Shown: positions 26,872 through 40,143, numbered from the stretch's first letter. The stretch: 64,000 nt of DNA from Marsupella aquatica (GCA_973895155.1 OZ316892.1:11050420-11114419), one strand, 5' to 3'. Notes: generated by a model not told the origin, from the letters alone. Numbers and translations are program-made.

Positions 26872-28427
26872 AAACAGAAATGCTTCACTTCAATCACGAG
26901 ATAATCTGGCACCTACTTTAATGCAGTCTGTAGCGCAGTTTTGTAGTATTTACACTGAATTGAACTTAGAATATCTTTTGGACTGGCCTGCCCCTAGTTG
27001 AGACCATGGGAGTTCTCACTCAGGCACTGGCTTTATGTCACAGGACCTCCAGAGATGTTATTCAATCCCCACTGGGCCCTATCTAGTGCAAGAGCGTGAT
27101 CCAGCATCCCACTGCCCTAGTCGTAGCTTTTTCTACATAAGATGGGCGTGTAGACATGTCCGAAACGTTACAATCTTGTGCAATGTATGCTGGCATGGCA
27201 CATGTGCTACATCCATGCAGTCCTGTGGAAATATGGTTGTTGAGAAGGGGCAGGCGGTGTCTAAGCAAAACAGTTTTCTGTCTAATGTCAGTACCATATG
27301 GAATGGTTGGCCAAATTCCTCCCAATAAAACTGTGCTCAATTTTGAAGGCACGAGGGTCTTAGATTCACTGGTAGATTCGAAAGGCTAATAGCAATGTAT
27401 GAGTGATCCAAGGACACATTTATCCGTCAGAAAAGAAAGCCTACATGGAGCTGTCATTAAAGCTTCTAAGGTATAACTCTTTTCCCATTCAATCAATGCA
27501 TACAGCCACATCCAGCTAAGAAATATAGCCGACTCGAGACACTTCAATGAAGGAATTTGAAAGTAAAACACACAGTATACCAAATATTCATTCCTGCAAA
27601 GCTGCGTGAGTCAATGGTCACCAGAATCTTTCCTACCATATCTATTGCATTCTTGCCGAAAATAACGGGCTGTGTTATTGCGAGGGTAAGAGGCGTATTA
27701 AAAATGCCATCAATGACGACCTGATATTGCCTCCATTATCAATTACATTCCCTGGACAGAAAGGGAAGGGTCTCATGGGTAAGGCCTTCCAACTTCCCAC
27801 TATTGCCTCCTATTTGTCGATGAGAGCTTGTCCTTTCCACGAAAACCCCACAAGAGGGATAGGCCATCAGTCTTGATAAGATCGTATCCAGCAGTGATGT
27901 ATATTAAACAAAGTGATTGTCACTAGGCAATTGGCCCAAAAATCACAATCAATATGCAACAGAACGTTCAGCCAAACACTTCATCCAAGGTTCAACGACC
28001 AATGAACGATGCTGAGCCTAAGGTACTTGGATATCACGCAAATATAATCATCCATCATTTCAACTCAACCTTGGGATTTCTGTAAATTGTATTATATTCT
28101 TATTTTATGATAGAAATCTCAGGACCTCCACGCCTCTATTCAAAGTGGTGATCAGAAGCACCTTGAACTACTCTAACCGTCGTCTTCCTTCCTGAACCTA
28201 GCGTTTTCCTCTAAGTTTCGTTGTTGACCTGTAACCTAGAACATATTCTCTTCTCAGGTAAGCTAACATCAAGGAAAGATCCCTGAATTGTGGGTTCTTG
28301 TAACTTAACAAATCCATCACGATCACCAGAATAAACTCATAAGAGTTGACAAGCCTGCAGGACTTTCAGCCAAAGAGCAATCAATTGCTGGTACATGTAC
28401 CAAACCTTACAACACTGTACAAGATGC

Positions 28428-31326
28428 TCAAGAAAGTTTAGCCTCAGAAGATTCTCCTTGATCCTTGCTGACGTTAGTAGCTGCCTCTACCATCTGGCTT
28501 GACTGAGTTTGTTTCTCAATTGCCGATAGGTGTTTCTCCAGAACCTGCAAGCAATAAGAAAAAATCTGTGAGCAAGCAGGTCTGTTACACGTTACCAAGG
28601 AGTAGGAAAGGGATTTACTTACAAACTGAAATAAGATCCAAGCGTTTACTGAGTGGAGAAAATATGAAATACGATCCAAGCGTTTGTTGAGTGGAGAAAA
28701 AATCACCTCTATCAATTGTTTCAGATGAAGCTGCTGGTCGTGCAAGGATGCAGGGGAATTCCGTTCGGAGTTCATATTAGTAGATTGACCAATGCGTTCT
28801 GAGCCGTCCATTTGCGGCTGTGATGCTTGACTAAACTCTGCTCTAGAAGACGAGTCCATTGAGTGGCCTTGAACAGGAACCTGGCCATTCAGAGCCCAAC
28901 TTGGAATCTGGGTTGGGCCTGCAACAGTTTGCCATTGAGGGTAGCTCGGTGGACTTGCTGCCATCCTCGTCTGTGCCCACGCTTGCCAAAACTGTGCCTG
29001 TGAAGTTGGCATTGGCTCACGCATTACCCCACTAAGGATTCCCTGGTTTCCTTGCTCCGATACAGAATTTCCCCTAGTTGATGTTGAAGTACTTGGACCA
29101 CCACCAAGAATTGCTGCCAGATATGCCTGAGGGACGAAAGCAAGATACGCAGGATGATACCTACATAAAAAAGGACAAAGAAGAGTAATCCACATGTAAG
29201 ACTCCAGTGCAAATTGCAGGGAGCTGAATGAGCTGACTTGCAGAACATAGAGACGAAAATAAGGACTTGGGAACCAAGTCGTGCATGAAAATTGTGTGTG
29301 GCTAGGCAGTGTCATACCAAGTGGCACCATCAGCTCGCATTGTGGGGTAAACATAAGAAGATTGATACTGAGCAGCAGCAGAACTAGCTGCACCATGCAG
29401 TTGTTCCTGCTGTATACTGGCTGCAGTAGGAGCTTGCCCATTGAAAGTCGCCCCATTACCATGAACATTTGCACCTAGCCATGAAAACGAAATCCAAAGA
29501 CGGCTCTGAGTTAGATTGTGAAAACTACTGGCAACTTCCAAGCTGGACAAAATGGAGACCATAATTACATTTGCAGCACACCTGCTTCCAGTTGTCGAGG
29601 AGCCGCAGCAGGATCTGTTGCCCCACGAGTCCCACCTTCAGGAGACAGCACAGACGATCTGCATGTTGGGCATGTCTGCTGACGTTCCAGCCATGAGCGA
29701 AGACAGTGAATATGAAAGAGGTGCCCACAGGGAAGTTTCTTTGCCGCTGACATCTCTTCTCGGCAAATGATACAAGTCGCATCACTCCTGCATATTAAAA
29801 AGCAAAGTCCCATTGCATGTCAGTCTCTCCAAATGCTCTGCCAACGATCCCAAACCGCCACTAGAAGCAAGCAGGAGAGACTTCAGTCATGCAATCTCTG
29901 CTGCCGTCCTGGTCACGACAGCAATTAGAACTTCAGGTTATGGAAAGATAGCGGTCTATTGCAAGAAAAATGTCCAGAGATTTCTATGAAAGAAAAGTCC
30001 GGAAATGCAAAGCAACAATCATTTTCAATAAAGCCTCTGACTCTACCTCGTGAGTTCTTCTGGAGTGGCATCAGGAAAGCGGACATTCATGTTGGAGGTG
30101 ACATTCCTGTATCTTATGAAATCCGCTACCCGTGTCTTGAAGTTCCTGAATGTTTCGTAAAGTTCCCTTACTAAGTGTAAGGGTAAACCTTTGAATCTGT
30201 ACAAGGCCAAACCCAGAAGATGGTCACGGAGCGCGAACAAACTCCAGCGTTTCACCACACGGACGAAGAGAAATGCTGGACAGATTGTGGTATCTATAAT
30301 TGATGCGATTACTTACCTGAATATGACCAGGAAGAAGAAAAGATAAAGAGACAGATGAAGGAGGTCTCGAACAAGCTCGAGATAGAACACGTAAATAGCT
30401 TTGTTATCCCACTGCCCATCCATGACCATATCGCCCAGATATAGAGAGTACTTGACAAATGTTGCGACAGTGGCAGTCGCTAATATGATGTACCTGAGAA
30501 GTCCAGCAATGAACCAAGGTTATTCCGGGAGCAGAGCTATTTGTAGAGAAATGAAAGGGGATTTGCCAGGTATGCCAGGAAGGAAATCATGTCAGGTACA
30601 CACAACCTGGGTTTAGTGTACACCAAAGAAGAACATGCTTCCAAGGTCGTCAATCAGAGCTCCCTATAAAACTGCTTTTGGAAAACGAGGGATGTAACAG
30701 GATAAACCCTAATTGAGAATCGTTTTTTGATAAATCGACCCCAATATCAATCAATTTCCTAAAGTTCAGAAAAGAAATCGGTCAATTTCTTACTCGAAGG
30801 CGAAAAACAGAGACACTGAAGCTTCTCTGGTCTTGAGCAGATGAGAAAATGATTGATTGAAAAGAAGACAGTCCATTGTGAGCAAAACCACCATGAAGCT
30901 GATGATGCGAGCATGAGAGAGCCGTGACACCGACGGTGTCGTCTCAATATATTCCACCCTAGTTTGCGCAAGCCAATGAAAAGCCTTGATGAAAAGGAGA
31001 ACGATGATCAAAGTTACGAAGGAGACATTGAACTCGTCTCGGAAAACGGTCATGGCGAAGAGAATCTCCATGACTTCTCGCCACAACTGCTCATTCAGCC
31101 GTTCCACTTCAATTTCTCTTAACGTCCCCAGAAATATGGTTTTCACCAATTGCCAAACTGCGCAAATTATGACTAGAGCCATGTTCAGTAGCAGCACAAG
31201 GCTGACCTTGGAGGTGGCCAGATACAGCATAGCCGGATAGAATTGCTCCCTGCTATTAAACGCATGAAATATCACTCCCGTGGCGCCCACTGCGCTCGCT
31301 GCCGCATATCTCCCAAACGTCACCAT
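28428..31326 (-). CDS. HRD1: ERAD-associated E3 ubiquitin ligase HRD1, about 7 exons
   Basis: HAFNSREQFYPAMLYLATSK..FLGTLREIEVERLNEQ..IKAFHWLAQTRVEYIETTP transmembrane region; RING-H2 CIICREEM..LPCGHLFHIHCLRSWLERQQTCPTCR; low-complexity C-terminus. Confidence 0.95.
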
Positions 31327-32149
31327 CTCTGCTTTCGAATAATCTCCACCTCCTTCTTCGCCTGTAATTCTCGAGAGCTTCTTCTCAGTCTCTCTACCTG
31401 TCTCTGCTGCGAGGCAATGTCTCCAACCCTTCCCCTCACCTCCAGCTCACCTCATCTGCGGCAGCTTGATCCTTGACACCTTCCCGTTCCTAAATTAAAT
31501 AATAGAATTCCAGCTCGCTCACTCGTCAGAGGCCCCGTATCGAATCCTCATGGACTCCTCCGCACCCTCCTCCTCCTCCACTACACCACCAGTCTGCTTC
31601 TCGTGCTGCCGCCTCCTCCTCATCCTCACTCGGCTGCCACAACACAGAATTGCATTCTCTTCCAACTCCACCACTGTCTATGGATCAATCACTCAGTCAT
31701 CCACCAAAATCATTCCGTCAATCGCCTCGCAACACCAGTCTCTCCTCTCTTCTCCGATCTCACCCTCCACAACATCGTTTTGGCCGGCTACAGGATTTCG
31801 ATGATTCCCAAAGGATCGATCAATTTTCCGCCCGCGAAACTTCCTCAAACTCGTCCTCCAGCACTCAGATTGGCCCGCATCAACAGGACTCGATGGGTGC
31901 CTAAAGCACCTCCACCACCACCGTCGGGACTGTAGCCAAGTCCATGCGATGCGAGGCGAGGAGAGGCGATACCGAGAGACACGGCTGATTGAGAAGGGGA
32001 CGATGGTAGCTCGACTCCAATCCGCTCCGACGCAATCACTGCAGCCTTGCAGGCTAACTTGCTTGCTTGTCTGCTCCTAAGACCAGAATCGTGCCTTGCG
32101 CAGGTACACCTAATTACGCTGCTGGGAGACTCTCGCCCTTCTCCGTGAC

Positions 32150-32400
32150 GGAAAGATGACCTCGCGTTACTGCAGTAGTACATCGATCGACCACGCCGGG
32201 ATTGCTAATTCGGCGTTTTGCAGACAAACCTACTGTACAGTTCTAATATCTCTCTCTGTCCCTCTCCGTGACGGAAAGTGAACCTCGCTTGACTGTAGTA
32301 GTAAGGCGATCGACCACGCCCGGATTGCCCCCTCCCTTTCTCTCTCTCTCTCTAAGTGCACCTTGCTGTACTGCAGTAGTAGATTGATGGACCAAGCTCG

Positions 32401-32460
<60 letters not shown>

Positions 32461-32770
32461 CCTTGCTGTACTGCAGTAGTACATCGATTGACCACGCTGG
32501 GGTTGCCAACTCGGCATTTGAGGAGAAGCCAACAGTGCAGTTCCTCTCTCTTGACCAGGCCAGGACTGCCAACTCGGCATTATGCTGGGAAAACTCTACT
32601 GTGCAGTTCTCCTCTCTCGACCACGCCGGGATTGCCAACTCGCGATATGCCGAGAAACCTACTGTACAGTTACACTCTCTCTCACTCTTTCTCTCTCTCC
32701 TGCACTGAAAGTGCACCTAGCTGTACTGTAGTTGTAGAAACCTACTGTACAGTTCCACTGTCTCTCCCTT
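32150..32770. repeat. Modular tandem array (about 6 units) interleaved with (CT)n microsatellites, upstream of HRD1
   Basis: Recurrent TACTGCAGTAGTA..GACCACGCCGGGATTGC..CTACTGTACAG; long (CT)n run at ~32405-32457. Confidence 0.75.
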
Positions 32771-32974
32771 GTCTCTTCACAGTCGGGAAACTTCTGTAGA
32801 TGGGGCCTGTTATAGGGGAAAATTGCTGATATAGTAACGTCCTATTTTCAGGGAATGTGGGCCCTAATGCCCTGAAGAACGAGTCCTTTGGCTTGTCTTC
32901 CATTTATTGGTCTCTTGCCTTTGGGTTCTATCTGTCCCTATTACGGGACTTAGTTTAACATAAATTAGATAGTG

Positions 32975-33450
32975 ATCTAGCTCTAGTTTTGAGGGGGCTA
33001 TTATTGCCCATCTATAGCAAGCTCCCTTTTGTCTCCCCTTTAGGACGGTTTTGCATGTGGGCGGCCCTTGAGTTTCCGGCCCTGAATTGAATGGATGGCA
33101 CTCCAACATTGAGTTAGATTTTTATGCCTCAACCTCCTCCATAGGCAGGCCTGACTGCATATGTGGTGGATAGTACAAAGGGGCAGAAACTTTCTGGCCC
33201 TTGAGGACACAAACCTTGAAAATTGAATAAAACAAAGAGAAAGTTCACACATAGCAAAGTTCACACACAAAAGTACCAGATTTTGTGCATTAGCAGGGTT
33301 TACTTTTTCCCGACAATATAGGAGTGCCAATTGCAGTAGAAAGGGCTTTGACATGCCAGACTGCCCTTACCTTGAGTTTTGAGTGGGCTACTATTGCCCA
33401 AACTCTAGCAACTGGACATTGATAGACTTAAGACCTAACAGGGATTTTTT
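32975..33450 (+). repeat. Dispersed old repeat family, also at 52580-52875
   Basis: TCTAGCTC.AGTTTTGAGGGGCTATTATTGCC and GGGCTACTATTGCCC blocks occur at both loci. Confidence 0.5.
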
Positions 33451-34727
33451 TCTTTCCTTTGATTTACTATTTCTAATTACAGTAGAGGAGAAGTTGCATA
33501 GACAATTCCCAGTCCATATGTGGCCCAAAATTATAAACAGAAAAATCAGAAGGGCAATTAGGGTGTATTTTCTTCTTTGAATTAGAGTTGTCGGTAGTGT
33601 GTCCAAATCAGGGTACTAAGTAGACTGTCATTTAGGCACAAATCTAGGGTAAGTCAAATCGCCATTAGTCTACCGTTATTTAGGCATGGATCTATGCTGA
33701 GTGGAATTGGGCAATTGGGGTTAGTTGACTTTTATTTGGGCACGGATCCAGGGTGAGTTGAGCGTTGTCTCTAAGTTGAAGTACTTCGGATTTGCATTGG
33801 GGCTTAAATTGCCAAAAGGTCTTCAGGATGTGTTTGTTAGATATTGCTCTAGTCTTGTGACTCATGAGCTAACCACAGTTAGTCTAACTCGGGTTAGGAC
33901 TTAGCTAATGTTAGCGGTAGTGTTGTTGTGTATATAGCCAAGGCTGATGCCAGACCCTGGTGGAACTTAGGCTCATTGTTACAGAGCTAGTTGAGAGATA
34001 GGGAGAGCTTGTGTTGTGGATGCTTGGTATGGCCGGTCGGCCTAGAGTGCAGTAAAGCTCTTGTGTGTTCCCGTGGACGTAGCCTCATGTGGAGGTGAAC
34101 CACGTATCTCTCTGTGTCGATTATTGTGCGTTGGATGATTCATGGGCTTGCCGTTACGAATGTCGTCTATGCTCAATAAGTGGTATCAAAGCATGCCTGG
34201 GAGGTGACGAGGTTTTTTCATGACAGGTTTTTCCAGCGTTCATTGTCGATGGTACATTCGGAGTTTCGTCGCATGAAACTCGAATGTGTGTTGCTGAGCG
34301 GATAGGTTAGTGAGAGGGCTTTCTAACGGTGGTTAGAACTCGCTGATCAGTATCCGTGGTGGGGAGGAATCGAAGTTTGCGTCATTCAGGGTTTATTCAT
34401 GTTCGACGGTATTTTGGGAGAGAGACCAGAGTTCACTTTTTTCAATGGTGTGAGCTGTGCGGTGCGGGAGGGATCGCACATTATAGCTTAATTGAAGCGA
34501 GCTGGTCGTTTCGGTAGCTGGATTGCTGCCGAGTTGTTATCGAGTACGTCGTGACGAGTGAAGGAGGCGTTCAGGTTTTTTCACAAGCTATGGAGCTTGT
34601 TCACATCTGAACCGGGTTTCTCTTCGTGACGTCCGACTCGATGGAAGAGATGCGAAGTGCTACGGCTCAATGGTTTGATCGCGGCGAGGTGGTCGTTTTG
34701 AGCCCGACATTGGCACTTGACGCGGAG

Positions 34728-35933
34728 TGAAGGTGACGTGACAAAAAGTTTAGTCTCTGCTAAGGCTGCAAACTGTGCCGGTACAATTCAACAACATTTC
34801 CTGTCGGCGACGTTCTTTTTCCTCATTTCAAACAGCGGCAATCCAAGTGAGTAATTTCCTTTTGGATTTAAAGGGGGTTTTTTGGGCCATATTTCCGTGT
34901 ATACACGAGGTGTATACACACACCTCATATTTGGGCCTCGCATACTCGGATTACTCCCCCCGGTTGGCTGTGTCCTCCCGCTCTCGCTCCCCCCTCCCGA
35001 CTCCCCGTTTACTTGGGCCGGAGTTTGGCTGCGCAACGTCGACCGGCGTGCGCCCTGGCCTTATGCCCGCTACCTCGCGCCCCCGTTCACAAGTAGCCGG
35101 CGTGCCCTGCGCTGTACGCCCCGCTGCGGTCCCGCGCTACGCCCTCGCAACTGCCGGCCTGCCATCGCGACTCCTACCTCGCCCTGCCCTTGCGGGTGCT
35201 CGCTACTTTGCGGCACCGGCTGCCTGCCCCGGCGGCTGTATTTTGTACTCCCGGCCCCCGCCTCAATACCCTGTACGCCCCCTGGCCCGCCTCGCATCGC
35301 CTAACGACACGGATGCGCCCTTTTATTTATACCTGGTATTTTGGTAAGGGGCTTAAGCACCCCCTTTAGGGCGCTTTTAATAGCCGGTTTTCCTTCTTCT
35401 TTGTTTTTCCCTTTGTGTCGGGACCTGCCACCCTCCATTTTAACCGCTTGGACAGGGGGAACGGCCCCCTGTGAGACCTGTCGGACTGTGCGGGAATATT
35501 CCCAAAAAAAATAGAGAGCTGTTTTTCGGCCGTCCGACAAAGATTCCATCCGCCGAACGGTAACTTTTTTGGTTCTTTTTTGGTGAGGACGTTGCCACTG
35601 GAGTTAGCAACGCGGCGCACCAATCACATCGCGATTCCGATGACGGGTTGCATTGGGTATTTTGGTTATTCTCCGAGGTGGTCAAAACGGGGGAGTTTCC
35701 CAAGGTTTTACCCACCCCGACCAAAATTTGAATAACTTCTCCGTCGAATTTTGTTTTTGATTTCGGCTTTCAGTATTGGACTCCTAGCTTCGTGGGCTAC
35801 GCGGCGGTGTTGAGTTTTGAGTTTTATGAGAAGTTTCAAAAAAAGACGTTTTTTCGTGATTGTTTCATATTAGTGACTCGGAGGATACTGGAAGAATTGG
35901 CGTCGGTGGAGCTTCAAGATTGCGACGGTCACA
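34728..35933 (-). mobile_element. About 1.1-1.2 kb CpG-rich insertion in the copia A leader; candidate solo LTR of an unrelated family
   Basis: Absent from the homologous leader of copia B. Candidate TG...CA ends with CGGAG duplication (34723-34727 and 35934-35938). TATAAATA on the minus strand at ~35324-35331. Boundaries uncertain. Confidence 0.5.
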
Positions 35934-36063
35934 CGGAGAGTCTGAGGAGGAGCTGCTACCGTTTGAGGAAGAACTAGTGACACCGGTACGATCACCGGTG
36001 CGGCGTGCAGTGGAGGAAGCTGTGTTACTACCAGAGCTGTCGGTAGTAGGGAAGAAGAGGGAG

Positions 36064-39000
36064 ATGGCTAGATTCGGAGGAGTAAAGTTTGAGGTGAAGA
36101 AGTACGATGGTCGTACATATTACTTGCTATGGGAGAAGCAAGTGAAGGGTGTTCTACGGGCCATGGGCTTAGCTCATCTGCTTTCATCGCGAGAGCAGTA
36201 TGATGGAGAGGAGGAGATTTTTGTGAGACAGTGGAGACAGGAGCAGGTGATTGCTGTCAATGTAGTGATGCTATATCTCAAGCCGCACATCATCAAGCAA
36301 CTGGATGATTATGCGGATTGCGCGTCACTGTTCAAGGCTCTTAGAGAGAAGTACTACCGGGAAGATGCGTCAGACCGGCTGTACAAGAAGTCTCTCTTGA
36401 TGAACCTCAGGCTCAAGGAAGGGAGCAAGATGCAGGATCACCTGGATGAATTTGACAGTCTAGCGGTGGATCTATCAAACCTGGGAAAAGAAGTTGAAGA
36501 TGAGGATAAGGCCTTGCTTCTGCTAAGCTCCTTACCGCCGTCATATCAGGGCTTGAAACAGGTGCTCTTGTACAGAGATCTGAAGTCCATTTCGTATAAT
36601 GAGGTGGTGAGCTCTTTACTGTCTGATGATGCTCAGAAGAAGCTGGGTCAATCATAGACAACATCTTCTTCTGGCACTGCGCTCAATGTGAACAGGGGAA
36701 GAGCAACGCAGCGCACGAATGGGCAGAACAGGTTTAGATCTACATCACGGGGGAGATCTAAATCCATAGGGAAATCGCAAGAGAGGAAGCCTCTTGCATG
36801 TTGGAATTGTGGCAAGCCTGGCCACATGAAAAGGGATTATCGAGTAAAGGTCCCTACTGCCTCTGCTAACGCGGTATCGAGCTCGCATGAGGTAGACTTA
36901 CTCGATGATGATGACATATTGTGATGTCAAGGTTATGCTCTCAACGTAATGTCAAATCCAGGTAGTGATGACTGAATTCTAGATAGTGCATGTACTTTTC
37001 ACATTTGCTCTAGAAGAGATTGTTTCAGTTCTTACACGGTTTCCAACGGGTCAGTGTTGATGGGAAATGGAATCCAATGTCAAGTTGTTGGACTTGGATC
37101 TGTAAGATTTCAGATGTTTGATGGTGCTGTGAGAACATTGAGGAATGTGAGACATATTCCCAGCATGATGAAAAATCTCATTTCACTTGGAGTTTTAGAG
37201 GCAAATGGCCATCAGTGGAGTTCTGCTAATGGTGTCCTTCAGGTTTCAACTGGTACTAAAGTTGTATTGAAGGGAAAGAGACATTGCAATCTATACGTTT
37301 TGGAGGGCAGTGTAGTCTGTGATCAAGCCAATGTAACCTTATCTCATGAGGAGACGACCCGGTTGTGGCACTTCGGTTTGGGCCACATGAGTGAAAAAGG
37401 TTTGGCTATTCTTCAGAAAAAAGGATTACTTTCTAATTTGCAATCTTGTAAGTTGGAATTTTGTGAGCACTGTGTGCTAGGGAAGCAGCACAAGAAACCC
37501 TTCGGAGTTGGAACTCACACCAGCAAGGAGGTACTTGAGTATGTACATAATGATGTGTGGGGTCCAGCCCCTACTCCCTCACATTCTGGACGGTTATACT
37601 ATGTCACGTTCATAGACGATTACTCAAGGTATGTGTGGATATACTTTCTACACAATAAGTTTGATGTTTTTGCCACTTTTAAGGAGTGGAAAGCCCAAGT
37701 TGAGAATCAGACTGGTAATAAGGTGAGATATCTCCGATCAGATAACGGCGGTGAATACAGTTCCAGGGAATTTGGAACGTATTGTAAGGAGCAGGGGATT
37801 ACCCGTCATCTCACAACAAGTTATACTCCTCAGCAGAATGGTGTTTCTGAGAGACTCAATCGAACACTATTGGACCGCTCGAGGAGTATGTTGAGTCAAT
37901 CATGCTTACCACATGAGTCTTGGGCTGAAGCTGTCAACACTGTAGCTTATTTGGTAAATTTTTCTCCATCCAGTTCTATTGGATTCAAGACGCCGTTTGA
38001 AATGAAGTACGGGCGTCCAGCAGATTACTCACATCTAAGGATTTTTGGATGTGATGCTTATGTGCTTACACCTTCCCAGCTTCGATCCAAGCTGAAGTCC
38101 AAGTCGAAGAAGTGCATTTTCCTTGGCTATCAGAAAGGTGTGAAGGGTTATAGGTTATGGGATCCAGTAACCTGTAAACTAATTGTCAGTAGAGATGTGT
38201 CCTTTAATGAATCCAGATCATCAAAGGAGGGGGAGAGTTCTTAGGACTCCCATACTGACAAGGGGAAATCTCCCATCCCGGACCGGGTTGAGGGGGAGAT
38301 TAGTCATGATGCAGTTCATGACAGGAGAGATGGAGAAGCTTCGGGCTTGGAGCTGGTTCCTGTGATGGAACAAGAGGAGCAGATTGTTGCTGGGGTACCT
38401 CAAATTCAACCAACAGCAGCAGCAGATCAGCCTGAGTCATCTACTAGAAGAACTTCCAGTCGTTCTACTAGAGCTTCTACCAGGTATGGTCAATGGGCAG
38501 ACTCATCTAAGCTAGATGATATTGACATTGCACCTGATGAAGATGACATGGCTTTGATCTTGGAAGAAGGAGAGCCTTCTTCGTACAGTGAGGCTTGTGC
38601 TTCAGAACAGAAGCATGAGTGGAATGCAACAATGCAGAGGGAGCTGCAATCTTTGAGTGACAACAAGACTTGGGAGCTAGTGGAGCTTCCAAGAGGTCAG
38701 CAAGTGGTGGACAGCAAATGGATTTACAAGTTGAAGGACAGCCCTTCAGAGGGTGGAGATAAGATCTACAAGGCATGGCTTGTTGCCAAGGGATTCACTA
38801 AGGAGAAAGGAGTGGATTACAATGAGGTTTTTTCACCGGTGGCTAAGTATCCCACAATTCGGATCTTGTGTCAACTTGTTGTGTTTTTTGGTCTGGTGAT
38901 GGATCAGATGGATGTTGTTACTGCTTTTCTCTATGACAACTTGGAAGAGTTGATCTTCATGAGACAGCCACTAGGCTTTATGAAGAAGGTCCAAAAGAAC

Positions 39001-40143
39001 TTAGTTTGCAGATTGCTCAAGTCCTTGTATGGATTGAAGCAGTCTCCCAGACAGTGGAACAAGCGGTTTGATGATTTCATGCTTGCTCAAGGTTTTACAA
39101 GGATGGTGTATGATCCTTATGTGTATACGAAATCAGCCAAGAATGATGTATTTGGTTTCATCATTCTGGTGATCTATGTGGATGACATGCTGATTGTGGC
39201 TAAAGATCAATGTGAGGTTGACAGTCTCAAGGCAAAATTGAGTGCTGAATTCAGGATGAAGGATCTTGGTAAGGCCAAGAGGACCTTAGGGATGGAGATT
39301 TTTAGGAACTCTGAGACTGGACAGTTGTGCTTGAGTCAAGGCCAGTATGCGAGGAAAGTACTTGCACGATTCAACATGGAGAACTGTAAGCCAGTGAGTA
39401 TTCCTTTAGCTTCACATTTCAAGTTATCATCGGCTTTCTCTCCTACGAATGTTGTGGAGAAAGGTCTGATGGCTAAGATTCCTTATGAGAAGGCAGTAGG
39501 CAGTCTAATGTATTTGATGACTTGTACTAGGCCTGACTTGGCCCTAGCGATGGGCAAGGTTAGCAGATTCATGTCAAATCCAGGGAAGGTACATTGGGAA
39601 GCTGTGAAGTGGATTCTCAGGTATCTGAAGAGAACAGAGGACTATGGATTACTATTTGATAACAGATCAGATAGAACGTTAGTTGGCTATGTAGATTCTG
39701 ACTATGGAGGCTGTCTGGATACAAGGAGGTCTACAACTGGGTTTGTATACACTCTTGGAGGAGGATGTATCAGTTGGAAATCTACCTTGCAGAAGTGCAT
39801 ATCTCAGTCTACTACAGAAGCAGAGTATGTTGCAGCAGCAGAAGCAGCAAAGGAAGCAATTTGGTTGGACAAGTTGATCGCGGAGATGGGTTTAGAGCAT
39901 GGCAAAATGACTATAACCTGTGATAGTCAGAGTGCTCTTCACTTGGCTGCTAACCAGGTGATGGATAGCAGGGTGAAGCACATTGACATCAGGTACCATT
40001 TTATCAGGCAAACAATGTCTGATAAAACTTTTGAGCTAGTCAAGATTGATGGAAAGCTCAATCCCGCTGATGCCTTTACCAAAGTGATTCCTTTGGAGAG
40101 TTTCTCAAGACACCGTGCTACTTTGCAGGTTTTGCAGTTGTAG
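36064..40143 (+). pseudogene. Copia A gag-pol in one frame, interrupted by stops at 36655, 36922, ~36973 and 38242
   Basis: Gag KFEVKKYDG..LLSSLPPSY, zinc knuckle CWNCGKPGH, protease ILDSAC, integrase [35 protein letters not shown], RNase H YVDSDY..STTEAEYVA..KHIDIRYHFIR. Confidence 0.93.

Noticed and set aside
32230-32716. RERERE-repeat ORFs
   Set aside because: Translation artefact of (CT)n/(GA)n microsatellites.
34761-34773. hAT-like TIR (TAAGGCTGCAAAC) as the insert terminus
   Set aside because: No matching inverted copy or 8-bp TSD was found downstream.
34775-35347. 190-aa and 140-aa Pro/Arg/Ala-rich ORFs as novel genes
   Set aside because: Several overlapping frames are open on both strands because of high GC; no recognisable domain.
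36922-36965. Stop-start reinitiation (TGATG / ATGA) as the Pol expression mechanism
   Set aside because: The overlapping AUGs in both elements are out of frame with pol and end after 11-13 codons.
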